From positions 7,459,921-7,523,920 of the forward strand of contig CAVNZM010000011.1 in assembly GCA_963693365.1 (NCBI GenBank): a stretch of 64,000 bases of DNA, given 5' to 3'. Below the pieces are notes generated by a model. That model did no database searches and was not told the origin of the DNA. It saw nothing but the letters and a program-made list of their open reading frames with translations. Both the position numbers and the translations under genes were made by a program. Positions 12,938-26,286 of this stretch are shown here, one piece after another. Source of the stretch: Amoebidium appalachense (lineage: Eukaryota; Protista; Ichthyosporea). Position 1 is the first letter of the stretch; each line of letters starts with the position of its first letter.

Positions 12938-13139
12938 TTCACCTCCTGTATTACATCGGTGCTGCTCGGGGTGAGGTTGAGGTACCTCCGGATATAGGCG
13001 GTCACCCTTAGCACCCCCCCTCCCCCCGGCACACCCATGCCCCCGGGCAATTCCTGATGAGTTAGTGCATGTATGTGGGGGGCCAGGTCTGTGGCCACCC
13101 TGCCCCCCACGGTGTTGGTTAACCCGTCAGATCCACGGG

Positions 13140-14758
13140 TTAGACCAACACCCTCCCCCCCTGCCTGCACATTCTCACACCCGGGGTGACCCTCCTTCCT
13201 CTTGGGGGTCGGGGGAGTGGGACCGGTGCTGTCCCGCCCGGCGGCGGTCCCCCCCCATCGTGTCGGGTGACATTTTGGTGGCTAACGTTAAATAAAGTTG
13301 TTCCCCCTCCTCCTGAGGCACCCTTCGAGCCGGCATCCTCCTTTTGGGTAATAAGAGAGACCTCTATACTACCAATCTCATTAGTGAAACTACCGACGGA
13401 AACACCTGACCTAATCACTATAGGCTCGATGCCCGGATTCACTAATTCTATTTCTATTGTCTTATCCGGCCATACCCTACTAAGGGTCCATTGGGCCACC
13501 TCCTGAAATGGGGTTTTCGGAGTAAAAACCCCTAAATCCCCTATCCTAACATGATTGCCGGCCCGGACACGTACCGTTTGGCACTGCCAGATAAGGCTCG
13601 ATTACTACTTCAGCTACCGTTCTAGCACCAGACTGATAACCGTCGAGCCCATCATGGGTTTTAATTTTAACGCCGGACTGCAATTCTAAAACATTCGTAC
13701 GTTCAAACAAAGCATTCACATGTCTACGGAAAAATGGGGCTCCCAACAAAACACTTTGAGCTAAATCCTTAACCACATAACAAGCAATATGCATAGCCTG
13801 GCCACCTATCTCACACGGCAACACACAAACACCTTCCACAGACATACTACTATTATTAGCACTACCTAAGGCTGTGCTAGAAGCATCTAAAATAGGAATT
13901 TCCCCCCCGGCCTGATTAAAACGACGAATAAACGAAGCATGCACACAATTAACCTGAGCCCCTCCATCGAGCAAAGCAACAGCCTTCAACTTACCATCAG
14001 CTAACCATACGTCTATATAATGCCGGCTAAAACCAACTAAATCCTCCTCCAATTCAAGCAACACATCATCACTCACACCCAATCCCTGCCCACGAAGACT
14101 CACACCCTCGATACCTACGTGCAACATACCTACCTGTGGTGCCTGCACGGGTGGGGTGGGGTGTGTATGTGATGTGGGTGGTGGTGGAGTGTGTGTGTGT
14201 GGTGTGTGGGTGGGTGGTGTGTGTGTTTTTGGTGTATGTGTGGGTGTGTGTGTGGGTGTAGGTGTGTCTGCAACCGTCGTATGTTGTTGTGGTGGTGTGT
14301 TTCTACGTGTCTGTGCCTGCCCCCCCCTTCCCCCTTTACTCACACTGTGTGTCCCCCCCCCTCCCGGCAACAATGGCACAGAAACCCCCTCCGGTGTGGT
14401 TAGAACAAACACCGGGTTGGGACAAGAAACACTGAGTATATGTGGCACTTGTGGCTGGGGAACCTCCCCCAACCACAAAACATTCACACCATTCATACCT
14501 TTGGTAGAGTCACCCCACAAACATTCATGCCATACCACCTCGACGCTGTCTTGAGGACCCACGACGATGCCCCTCGTCGAACTGCTGCTGCTGTCCGCTA
14601 CGTCCACCACGCCCACGACCGCTGGTGTTTGAGTGTAAACTAAAAGCTGTTGTGTTTCTGGCATCTATAGCTAGTGTGTGAACCTGTGGTATCTGTGTGT
14701 GCAGGGAGCTATCCTCCGCTGCCAACGCGTAGAACATATCTACGTGAAACTTAGCCAT
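13140..14758 (-). pseudogene. Gag C-terminal remnant + aspartic protease
   Basis: Protease LLDGGAQVN...VLLGAPF. Upstream is an RG-rich tract and a degenerate zinc-knuckle-like segment with stops and frameshifts. Confidence 0.75.
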
Positions 14759-14892
14759 GGTGTTGTGTGTGCCCTAGTAACTGTTGAGAGGTTGTGTTTA
14801 TGTTTGTGTTTTTGAGGTGTAGCAACAGCCCAGAAGGAACTGTCACCGCGTTACCCTAGCGCGAAAAACCGCACTAAAAAAAAGGTGTAGCT

Positions 14893-15533
14893 TGTCGTAT
14901 CCTATTATGTATGTACTAGAGACGCGGCACTCTACTAAGTGTACACACACGAAAAGGAACGAACGTGTACGGAAAAACGGTAAAGTTTATTCAGACCAGG
15001 CTCCGACGGGCAAACTTAGATCCGTACGGAATGAGACTAAGTTACAACTGAGGCCATCAAGGCCGTGCCCTCAAAGATCATCATCACCTGGCCCCCTACG
15101 ATGCCACATTCCAAACATTCCGATCTACTTTTATCGTGCGCCTGCACGAGCTAAGTCGATCTACTCAACTAATGTATTTATCCATGTCTCACCCCTCACC
15201 CTCCCCCTAGTGGCACCGCAGAGTCTAAATCTACATTTCATACTATCCTCCCCCCCCCCCTCCCTCCCCCCTTTCCTCTACATCTAAATATATAAATACG
15301 TTTGGCAACATACACTATCAAACCTTGCCAATACTTACAAAAGGGCTTCTGCCCGAACAATCACATTCCTAAGTCCTCCTACGATCTATCCTACACACTA
15401 ATTAGAATTCTATTGGTCGGCTGTCCCAGCTGACGTGGTCCTGCCCTGCGCCGGCAGAGGCAAGATGATGCACGCAGCTGCACAGCTATCTTGAGGCCCC
15501 GGACTTGATCTTGATGATCTGTGGGCCCGGGCC

Positions 15534-15568
<35 letters not shown>

Positions 15569-15619
15569 ATCTCGATCGTAGACTTAGGCTGATCTGCTGA
15601 GACGGATTAGTATATGTCA
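14893..15619 (-). repeat. 5' LTR
   Basis: Matches 8504-9257 apart from a few substitutions/indels and a 37-bp indel. Confidence 0.95.
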
Positions 15620-16694
15620 CTCTGCCTCATCCGCCGAATAGTTCGAATCTCGATCGTCGTCTCCGTTTAGATCAGAACCAACACTGTCGTCTTCTTCCTG
15701 ATCTTCGGATTCGGGCTCACTTTCGAAAAGGTCATCGCCGTCGTCGCTGCTGCCCTCGATATCCTGACGTGCTTTCTTCTTACTTGCCCCAACACCACTA
15801 CCCGCCTTGCGCTTATTACTACCTTCCGCAAACGTAGCGGCCAGATCGAGATCGTCGTCGGGTTGGACCGTTTTGGTGGCTTTGCCATTTTGTTTTACTG
15901 GAACTCTTGCTTTCGAGCCTTTGGAAGTGGCTTTTGATGTTGGGGGTGCCAGGGTCCTGTACCTGGCCACCGTGGTTGCGGGCTTGCTCTTGGGCGCGGG
16001 CTTGCTCTTGGGCCATGCGATCAGCTTGCTCTAGGGCAATGCGTGCTCGCTCTTGCTCGGCGTTGGCAGCGTCAAGCTCAGCGCGTGCGCGCTCTTCAGC
16101 GTCGCGTTGGGCAGCCTGTACGCGTTCTTGCTCAGCTGCAGCGCGTTGAGCCTCATCTTGGTTCTGGGCGTCAGCCAGAGGGCGCAGGGCTGCGTCAAGA
16201 TCGATTTGGTTGGCCATGGTGCAAAATCTGTGTGTGGAACAACAGTAAACCATCAGCACAAGTCTGAGTCAAAACACAAGGGAATTATTCAAAGTATAGC
16301 TGCTGCAAAGTATATGGTAGGTGAGGGTGGGTATGTGGTAGAGCGGTATAAGGCTTGAAAGAGGTTCGAAAGACTTAAGAGTGCGGAGTGAATCGGAGTT
16401 TAAGGGGGCCGGGGATTTGGGCAGGAAAATCTGATCTAGGGGGATCGATGATGTCACCAGTGAGACGTAAGCAATAGGCAGCTAAATAGCAGGGTGCCAC
16501 TGTTATAATACAGCCTATTAAATAAATAAATCAGCCAAAACGAAAAAAGTTAATAGCTCAGAGTGGTGAGGAAACCAGTGTTTGCATACAGCGTGAAAAA
16601 CAATAAGTTTGGGTGGTTGTATATGTAAGATCGGCTGCCGGGAGCTAAAAGTAAATGCAACGGACTGATCTCAGATGTGGCTCGCGGCAATCGA

Positions 16695-16745
16695 CTTTGA
16701 TTGGATGAGTGACGTCACAAATCTAAAATTTGTGATTGGCTAAAT
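16695..16745 (-). promoter_or_regulatory. Possible promoter cluster upstream of the JmjC-like gene (CCAAT x2, CRE TGACGTCA)
   Basis: gattgg at ~16699 and ~16734 flank tgacgtca at 16710-16717, ~500 bp upstream of ATG 16217. Confidence 0.25.
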
Positions 16746-18855
16746 GGATGGAAACGAATTCGGGTCGGGTCAACGTGGCGTGGGAGCGCATGTGTGTCGG
16801 AAGAGAGAAAAACGACAGAAATTAGAGGTTTCTAAACGGTAAAATAACGATGCAAAAACGAAAATAAACTGGTGGCACTACTGAGCGTGTCGTGTGTGTT
16901 TGCGTGCGCTGGAAGTCCCATACACACACGATGCAGAAATTGACCCGGCACAATGGGTGGTGGAGTGGTTGTGGGTGTGCAGCAAGTTTGCGGCAATGTG
17001 GCTTTACAGTAAAGACAGCAAGACCAGTGGGCGTGTGGTTTGGAAAAATGGTACAGCAACAGCGGTATAACAGTGTGTGTGAGGTGCTTAAATAGCGAGG
17101 GTACTATAGTGTGTCTATAACTGGCAATGATTGAGAGCGAGGTCAGCAGGTTAGCCAATAAAATGGTAGCACAAGTCTCAGCGGTATAGCAACAGCGGTA
17201 TAGCAGTGAGCGCGTGTTTCAGCGCATACAGCGGGCCTGGGGTTTGCGTCCAACACAGCGAAAACAGCGGGCCTTGTGCTCTCGACCAAAACAGCAACAT
17301 GAACAGCATGGACGGCTTTTGTGTGGGATTATATTGGGCTCCATCCAGTGAGCCAAACAAAAACGCAAGGCTCATACAACAAAGAACTTAAGCTGGCGCA
17401 AATAAAACGGCTACAATACGTCTGAAAGGCGGCAGGTGTAAGGAAACGACGGCAAGAGAAAACGGCAACCAATGGGAAGGCAAAATGCTAAAAGGATGGT
17501 AACATGGGTCCAAAAACGAAACCAAGAAAAAACTAGCAAAACGGCAAGAAACAAGAAAAGGCGGGTAGAAAACGTGTGTCGGTGTAGTGCTAGTGTGTTG
17601 CAACGTGAAAACAAACTAAAAACTTCGAAAATGGGTGGGTGGGCGGGAAAGAGGAGGAACCAAGTACCCTAACACAGCAAGATGTGGAAGCGTGCTACCT
17701 AAAGGGCTCTCAGAAGCGCAAAGGATCGAACCTCCTCTGCTACCATGTATGAACGTGCTACTAGACACGCATGCAAGTGGGCAAGACAGGCAAAGAGGGA
17801 CACGGACCTGTGCGTAGGTGGCAGTCGCCTGTATTGCACACTCGGTAGCGCGAAGTACTTAGGCGTCAGACAAGACAGGGAGAGAAGGAGCCCTGGGAAT
17901 GAGGACGTGTGGCGGACTATATAGGCTAGGTGGGGGGGTCTATCAGGATGAGGGGGGCTCTAGTGTGCGGGGTATCTCCCGTATATCTCGCTCATACAAC
18001 ATGTACCCAAAGGGCAAATGATTGGATACAAAGGAAGCAGCAGCGTTTCACTGAGAGAGAGAGAGGAACAGATAATATATAATTTCTACGGAATATATAC
18101 TATAGTATGCAACAACTTCGAATGCTTGCAACTATAGAAACTACACACGTGTATGTGTATTTCAACAACGTTTCGTTCCGTACATTTGTGCCACACGGTG
18201 GGTGGTACATTCCGTCCTCAAATTTTCTGATTTGTGCTCTTGAGGTCGAACGCCCGCGTGGCAGCAGCTGCAAAAGCCCATAAACAGACAGGAGATCAAC
18301 AAGTTCATGGCCAGCACACAGTCTATGGCTCCTAGTTTGCGCTGGAACAGTGATAGTGTATGTGAAAGAAGGAGGTGCCTCAGGTGCACCGGGCACACAG
18401 CCATGTGCTCGCATGCATTGGGCTCGGCCATGGCGAAAAAAAATTGCTGCAGTTTTACGGGCCCTTTTCTAAAAAGAAGCGGCGGGTTAATGAGGAACTG
18501 TTCAACGGAAAGGCGAAAATAATTGTTTGGATAACGAATCGTGGTGCAAAATAGAAGATAAGAGAAATAAAGTAATGACATTTGTCGAATCAAGCTACGT
18601 TTAAAGCTTATCAGATAAAAGAAAACCATATATGGTTTTAATGAGCTGTCATTAGCGAATGGCCCATCGATCTGAGACATCTTGTTTTGGCGGCCGTGGG
18701 ATGATTCGAACCCAGCAGGTCCTGCAGGAACCCCAGCCCCTCACTTCCGGAACTCTCCAAAAAAAAACAAAAAAAAACAAACAAAAAAAAACAAACACAC
18801 TTTCTCAGCTAGCGGTACCCACTATGCCACGGTGCTGACAAACTCCCCCCCCCCC

Positions 18856-18898
<43 letters not shown>

Positions 18899-19068
18899 CC
18901 CCCCCCCCCCCCCCCCCCCCCCCCGACGAGCCTCGTCCCCTCCCCTTCTCGACAGTTGGTCGCATGCTCGATGGTTGCACAAGCACACACTCGCATACAC
19001 ACACCGGTCGGCACACACGCACGCACACAAGCACAAACGCGCACGCATGCACGCACGCATGCACGCAT

Positions 19069-19115
<47 letters not shown>

Positions 19116-19799
19116 TGCACGCACGCACGCGCATGCACACGCGCACACATGCATGCACGAATACACACATAAACACACAGGTGCACACACACGCACACAA
19201 CACACATGCACGCACACACACCCACACACGTACAAGCACAGACACACACACACACTCATGAACACACACACACACACTCATACACACACAGGCCCTGGAG
19301 GCCACCATCACGGCTGCCCGTCAAGTGCATGAGTTTGTCCCGTGGCTTCAAAAGGTACATGTGACTGTCTAGCTAGCTATCTGTTTCGGTTTTATCTAGC
19401 TTGTTCTCTTTTCTCGTGGGATGTACCGGTGGACAGTGAGCAGAGATGACAAAAATAATTGTGATGATTCCTATAACATATGCACACGGTTGCCAGTGCG
19501 TTTCTTTCTTTCTGCTTCGTATTTGGGTGGGGCAGTGAGGTTACCGGTTGAGGATATTCGGGTTTTGGATTTTGGGGTTTGGGTTGCGGGGGGTGGGGGG
19601 GGGGGGAGGGGGGGGAAGGGGGGAAGGGTCTAGAGTCACGATTATGTGCTGTGGCCACTACCATTATAGTATGTATGAACCAGAAACTTCGGCTGCAATA
19701 GAAACAGCACTTTACATAACACTCCTTCCTTCCTCCTCTCTCTCTCCCTCTCTCTCTCTCTCCCTCCCTCCTCCCTGATCTCCCCCTCTCTCTCTCTCT

Positions 19800-19984
<185 letters not shown>

Positions 19985-19998
19985 TTTTTCTTTTCTTT

Positions 19999-20041
<43 letters not shown>

Positions 20042-20939
20042 CTGTGTTACATTATTAGCCAAGGCACACCTTTACCGGCATATACATTCTAGAAGAAATA
20101 AAAAGGCCTACGTACTGATAATATGTACAACCACAGACGTTACGAGTACATACACAATCTTGGTGTTCTTTCGGCCTCTGCACAGCTAACCATGTTAAAT
20201 CCCGAACGTTTCTAGATTCGGTGGTCATTGTTTTGTGGCACCGTTAATGTCCCTAAGTCCCATATAATTGAGATAATGGTTGTATATAGTTGCTGGATAA
20301 ATTTTGACATCAGCCTAGAACCATCGCTAGCCCCCCCCCCCCCCCCCCCCTCCCCCCCCCCTCCCTCCCCTCCAAAAAAAAAAAGGAAGAAAAGAAAAGA
20401 AAATAGAAGAAAAGGGAAAAAATGAAAAAAGAAAAAGAAAAAACAAGAAAGAAGAAAGAAGAAAAATCAAAACAGAAGGAGGGGAGGATACAAGGCAGGA
20501 AACACAATCACTACTCACTCACCAAACTAGAGACAAAAGCGAAGGAGAAAATAAGGGAGAGAGAGTATGTGTGTGAGCGAGAAAGAAACCCAGAAAAGAG
20601 GGAGTGCCGGAGGGAGAGAGAGATAGAAGAAAGGAGTGGCGAGCGCAGAGGGAGAGGGGAGGGCGGGGGGGGGGGGGGGGGGGGGGGGGGGGAAATAGAG
20701 GGGGGAAGTTGGGGTGGGGGGGGGGGGGGATGGGGCGAGAGATACAAGGGGGGGGAGGGGGAAGGGGCGGGGTGTGGCTGGGGGAGGGGGGGGGGGGGGG
20801 GGATGGATAGATGCAGGGAGGGTGAGAGAAAGAGAGAAGGGGGGGGGGGGGGGGGGGGGAAGAGAGAGAGGGGAGGGGGGAGGGGGGGGGGGGGGGGGGG
20901 GGAGAGAGAGAGAGAGAGAGAGAGAGAGCAACGGTACAC

Positions 20940-21966
20940 TTGGTGCAGAGGAGAAACATGTGAACAACAGCCCATCATCAGGCCAGCAAGGGAAGGGAAA
21001 GTTGTTTGGGGGGGGGGGGGGGGGGGGGGGGGTGTAAGTCAAGTATTACTTACCCTGCATGGGTGGCCGCAGTTTGCACAGACCACACCGTTTGCATGCT
21101 GGGGGTGGACCTGGATGCCATGCCGCCACATGGCCGTGGATACGTCCTCGAGGTGCCCAATGGGGTGGGGGGGAGGGAGGGGGGTGGGGTTAGGATGCTA
21201 AAGGGGTTAGAATGCAAGCGAGTGCTGGGGGGGGGGGGGGGGGGGGGGGGGAGGGGGGGGGGAGGGGGGGGGAGGGGGTGGGGGGTGGGGGGCGGGCGGC
21301 GGGGGGTAAGAATGCATAAGAAAGGGGGGTTAGAATGCAAAGGGGAGGGGGGGGGGGGGGTAGAATGCAACATAATGCAGGCGCGATTCTACAAATGAAA
21401 AGAAGCAGTGTGCAATAAGGGGGGGGGGGGGGGGGAGGAGCTGAGATGGGTTTTTGGAATGCATTACAGGGTCTGGAGTGCACATTCACGAGGGACATAT
21501 ACAACAAAGATGCTAAAAAAAAGAGCACGAACAACCATGTGCATCATAAGCAGAGCTCATTCTCAGGTTGTTCATAGTTATCACCTTCGCTAATCACATA
21601 TCATCAGTACAAAACATCTACTATGATGTTAAACACAATGCCATTGCTTTTCTCGGTTGTGGGCAGGGGAAGAGAGGAAGGGGGTAGGGGAGAAAGGGGC
21701 GGGGCGGGGGGGGGGGGGGGGGAGGGGGGGGGGGGGGGGAAGGGAGGGCGGGGGGAAGGAGGGGGGAAGGAGGGGGGATGTATGCATCAGTGTGGAAGGC
21801 AGCTAGAAGGTTACAGACACTCCGGGGCAGGGGCAGGGGGGGGGGGGGGGGGAGTAGGGGCACACCTTCAAGTCGTCTCTGTTCTTGACGATGTACTTGA
21901 CACAGTCATGAGACAGACCATAGAAGTAGCCCTCATTGAACGGTATGTGCTGCTGGTTGTGGTACC

Positions 21967-22026
<60 letters not shown>

Positions 22027-22620
22027 CGTGTGTGTGTGCGCGTGTGTTTTTTTTTTTTTTTTTTTGTAGGGGGGGGGGAGGAGGGGGGGGTTGGTTACTT
22101 CCAAGCATATGACAAAAACGGGTCATACTACTTGCAAGACATGGGCAAGACCCATACAAAACTATCAGAACGAAAAGCAAAGAAAATGAAAGGCTTTACT
22201 AACCCCTCGTAATATGAAGAGGTTAACGCCAAAAAACGAAAAGAACATAGCACTTGAATAATAACACCCGAGTTGCACTATTTTCTTTGAAAGTGGAAAG
22301 AAGACGATTCCCCGTTACTCCTTGTATCGGGCTTTCTATTTTCCGGCTCACCGACAACTCCACATATTGTTATCAGACACATCATGTCGGTGTGTATCTT
22401 TTACTACCCTTCTTCTCTCCGTGTCTATGTATTTCTCACGTCACGTTGAATAGGGCAACTGAGCGGGAAAAAGGAGGTGAAAAAGGGCTGGGGGAGGGGC
22501 GGGGGGGAGAGGGAGAGAGAGGGGAGGGGGGGGGGGGGGGGGGTTGTTGTTGTTATATGTGTACGTGTCACTGTGTGTGTGTGTGTGTGCGTGTGTGTGT
22601 GTGTGTGCGTGTGTGTGTGC

Positions 22621-22654
<34 letters not shown>

Positions 22655-22936
22655 ACGAGCGCGTGCGCGCAGGTGTGTGTTTGAATGTGTGTGCGTGTGC
22701 GCACACACGCATTTGTGTGTTTGGGGAGAGAAGGGGCACGGCGAGAGAGGGGGGGGGGTGGGAGGGGGGGGGGTGGAGGGTTGGAGGGTTGCAAGGGTGG
22801 AGGGGTGGAGTGGGTTCACACACAGCCTGACGGAGATACCACTTTGAGTTTGAATCCCGGATGGGCTGGATGCGAACAGAGCGGTTGCCAATGTACTTCT
22901 TGCGGTGGCTCTTTCGGCCCTTAAAGTGCTCGAGAA

Positions 22937-23024
<88 letters not shown>

Positions 23025-23300
23025 TGTGTGCGTGTGTGCGTGTGTGTACGTGCCTGTGTGCGTGTGCGTGTTTGTGTCTTTTGAGGAGTAGGAAGAGAGA
23101 GGGGGGTGGAGAATAATCAGCAGCCCAAAACAGATGAATGCGGCATTGTTATAGATATACAAGCAGGGAGGGTGTGGTCCGTGGTAAAAAGGAAGGCTGG
23201 TTTGGACAGTTGATTGGAACATTGTGTGTGGTGTGGGTGAAGTGTGGGTGGGTGGATAGGCAGGTGGGTCGGGAAGGGCGAAGGAGGAAGGATGGGGGGG

Positions 23301-23343
<43 letters not shown>

Positions 23344-23457
23344 GGGTAGGTGGTGGGGTGGGGGCGGGCCTGGAAGAAAGTGGGTACTAGTAGGAAGGGG
23401 GGGGGGGGGTCTTTTTTCCTTTTCTTTTCTTTCTTTTTTCTTTCTTTCTTTCTCTTC

Positions 23458-23488
<31 letters not shown>

Positions 23489-23933
23489 GGGGGAGGGGGG
23501 GGGGAGGGGGGGGGGGGGAGGGGGGAGGGGGGGGGAGGGGGGGGAGGGGGGGGGAGGGAAAGGTATGAAGTATATAAACACGTACGTGTGTCAGGAAAAC
23601 GGGAGGGAGTGAGGGGAAATTTTTGGGAGGGAGTACACACACACGAAAAAGGGCGGGGGTGGAGGGGAGGGGGTTTGGGGGGGAAGGGGGAAGGGCTGGG
23701 TGAACGGGTTGAGACAGGTGTTTGTGAGGGAAAGAGAGCAGGGGTGGGGGGTGGGGGGTGGGGGTTGCATTTGAAGGTGGCAACCATTAAAGCCAAGAAA
23801 TGCATGCCCCACCTCCCCCCCCCCCCCCCCCCCCCCCTCCCCCCCCCCCCCCCCGCCCCACCACCCTCCACCCCCCCCCCCCCCCCCCCCACCCATGTGT
23901 CTGTCTGTGTGGGCGAGTGAAAGGGAAGAGAGG

Positions 23934-23964
<31 letters not shown>

Positions 23965-24523
23965 GGGGGGGGAGGCTGCCACTCAGGGGGGGGGGGGGGG
24001 GGGGGGGGGGTTTCAATACCCTGTCTGCGTGCACGAACTAATCATCATTGACCGTAATGTAGTATTGAATCGGTAGGTCTGCGCATACCGCCCCTTGTAG
24101 GGCAGTTGACATACTTGTCTTCGATCGGTGCAACCTGGGTGTGTGCAAAAAATTTTTTGTTGGGGTGGTGGCGATGGGTGGGTGGGTAGTTGGAGGGGTG
24201 GGTGGGTGGGTGGAGGGGTGGGTGGGTGGGTGGAGGGTTTGGGGGGGGAGGGGGGGTTGACGTCATCAGTGGGAGCAACAGGTATGGATGTGGAGAAGGG
24301 ATAGTGGAAGAAGGAATGGGTCTTTTTTTTTTCCTTTTTTTTTTTTTTTTTTTTGGGGGGGGGGGGGGGGGAGGGGGGGGGGGAGGAGGGGGGGGGGGAG
24401 GGAGGTTGAATGCAACACACAACATAGCGTGTTAAATTCCACAACGGGGAATGAAGTGGATATGTGGCGAGAAGAGCACACAAATGTAGCAGACAACAGG
24501 AGGGCACACGCTCATGTAGGACT

Positions 24524-24564
<41 letters not shown>

Positions 24565-24938
24565 GGCAATGTGTTTTTTTGTGGTTTGTTGGTTTTAGTG
24601 ATGGTGGTGGTGAGACAGGGGGTTTGACTTAAAGTGTGTGTGTATGCGCGCGTGTGTGTGTGTGGGCGGGGAAGGGGAGGGGGGGATGAGGGAAGAAGAG
24701 GAGAATGTGGTGTGGTGCACAGGTAAGGTTTATGAGAGGAAGATCAAAAAGCAGCCAATACAGAATACATGTGAGTCTGTGTGTGTATGGGGGGGAAGGA
24801 AGGGGTGGGGGAAGGGGGGGAGATATTAGAGATGGAGAGATAAGAGACATGGTTTCTGGTTGAAAAATGTTCAGATCGCCCGTATGCCAGAGCAGCGTCA
24901 GACTCTGCTTATCGATCAGATGCTTGGTTGTGTTTGCA

Positions 24939-24971
<33 letters not shown>

Positions 24972-26286
24972 CGTGCTTGTATGTGCGCGCGCGTACGTGT
25001 GCGTGCGTGCGTGTGTGCATGTCTCTGTGTACGTGTTTGTGTATATGTAGCAAACACCCCGACACCTGAAAATACGGTTGTGTGTATGGGTTTGCAGGAT
25101 CACACAGATTTGCATTTTCTCTCATGCAGGAAAAGGATTACTCACGTAGATATCCCCATGCTCCTTCTCCTCCGCCACCAAAGACTCGTTAAACTGATTG
25201 CTTGTACCGACGAAGAAACGGTAAGGGCCTGGCAGCTTGTTTGCTTTCAGGTCAGCAACCCATGTCTCTCTTAGGTTCTGTCTCCTTGCTGCATTGCCAG
25301 GCGCAGTGATATGATGGCAACAAAGGCAAACACTGAGGGTAGCTTCTTGAGGTCGGTCTTGGCTGCCCCTGGGGTGCTGGGGAAGATTCATGTTACCGGG
25401 TGTGTGAAGGAACAAACACGAGATTATCTGACAAAGTGCTCGAGCAAACTAGGATGCCTTTTGATGCGTGAGTGGCCGCAAGAATCCCAGCAAAGTGTTT
25501 CCCGGCATATTTAAGCAACAGCACCGTGGCTCCTGGATCTTACGAACAGAATTTTAAAAGATTGGGGGAAACTGTTTGTTGCAGGTACAGTTGGTGGGAA
25601 GCGGTAGTAAGGGGAAACTCATGTAGGGGAAGGAAGGTGAGTGGCCGAAAGAATCCCAGCAAAGTGTTTCCCGGCATATATAAGCAACAGCACCGTGGCT
25701 CCTGGATCTTATGAACAGAAAATAAAAAGATTGGGGGAAACTGTTAAACTTTGTTGCAGGTACAGTTGGAACAGAAATTAAAAAGATTGGGGGCAACTGT
25801 TTGTTGCAGGTACAGTTGGCGGGAAGCGGTAGTAAGGGGAAACTCATGTAGGGGAAGGTTCAGGTGGCGTCCCCACAGACGACAATTTGTCGTTAGGGAG
25901 GGAGGAGGGGGGGAGAAGGGAATGGGAAGGAAGGGGGAGGGGTGATGAAGGGTGACCGGAGTTGTGTATAGTATCCTTTCTCAACAAGCCAAGCGTATCA
26001 TTTAATGTCTTTAGTGGGAACACTTACGTCTCAAGGAGTTCGGGACAGTTTTGAGGGTTCAAGTGAAGGTAGGTAAACCCTCCTAGCAGCAGAGCAACCA
26101 CCAGAAGGAATATGGGCAGAGGGACACCACCCCCCCGCTTGGGGCTGGGCTTACCTGGTTTCCCGTTCTCTGTGGACTCTGCGGTCTCTTCTCCTTATCT
26201 TCTTCTTGGTGGCGCCATTTTGACTCTATCTTCTTTGTGTGTATATACGTGACAGCTATAGGTGCAGGAAGGGTGAAAGTGATCAT
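20940..26286 (-). CDS. GT31-family (beta-1,3-galactosyltransferase-like) multi-exon gene, possibly damaged
   Basis: Exons: 26286-26155 (possible TM/stem), ~25400-25146 (RRQNLRETW...FFVG...EEKEHGDIY), 24134-24089 (EDKYVN), 22937-~22825 (KYIG...[10 protein letters not shown]), 21965-21866 ([15 protein letters not shown]), ~21165-21053 (LEDVSTAMW). The DxD exon was not clearly found and there is a frameshift at ~25310. Confidence 0.8.
25471..25858. repeat. ~169-bp tandem repeat, ~2.3 copies
   Basis: agtggccg..agaatcccagcaaagtgtttcccggcata at 25471 and 25640; gaagcggtagtaaggggaaactcatgtaggggaagg occurs twice. Confidence 0.85.

Larger units (their letters stand above)
8504..15619 (-). mobile_element. 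Ty3/Gypsy LTR retrotransposon with chromodomain (chromovirus-type), both ends intact, coding-defective
   Basis: Two near-identical TG..CA LTRs, 5-bp TSD CTCTG (8499-8503 and 15620-15624), PR-RT-RH-IN-chromo domain order, PPT next to the 3' LTR. Confidence 0.97.

Noticed and set aside
18165-18185. Short similarity to the Gypsy LTR (gtacggaa.ga.ac)
   Set aside because: Too short, with no extension on either side.
18688-18730. tRNA-like GGTTCGAATC...GCCA on the minus strand
   Set aside because: No acceptor stem, D-arm or A-box can be formed upstream; at most a SINE relic.
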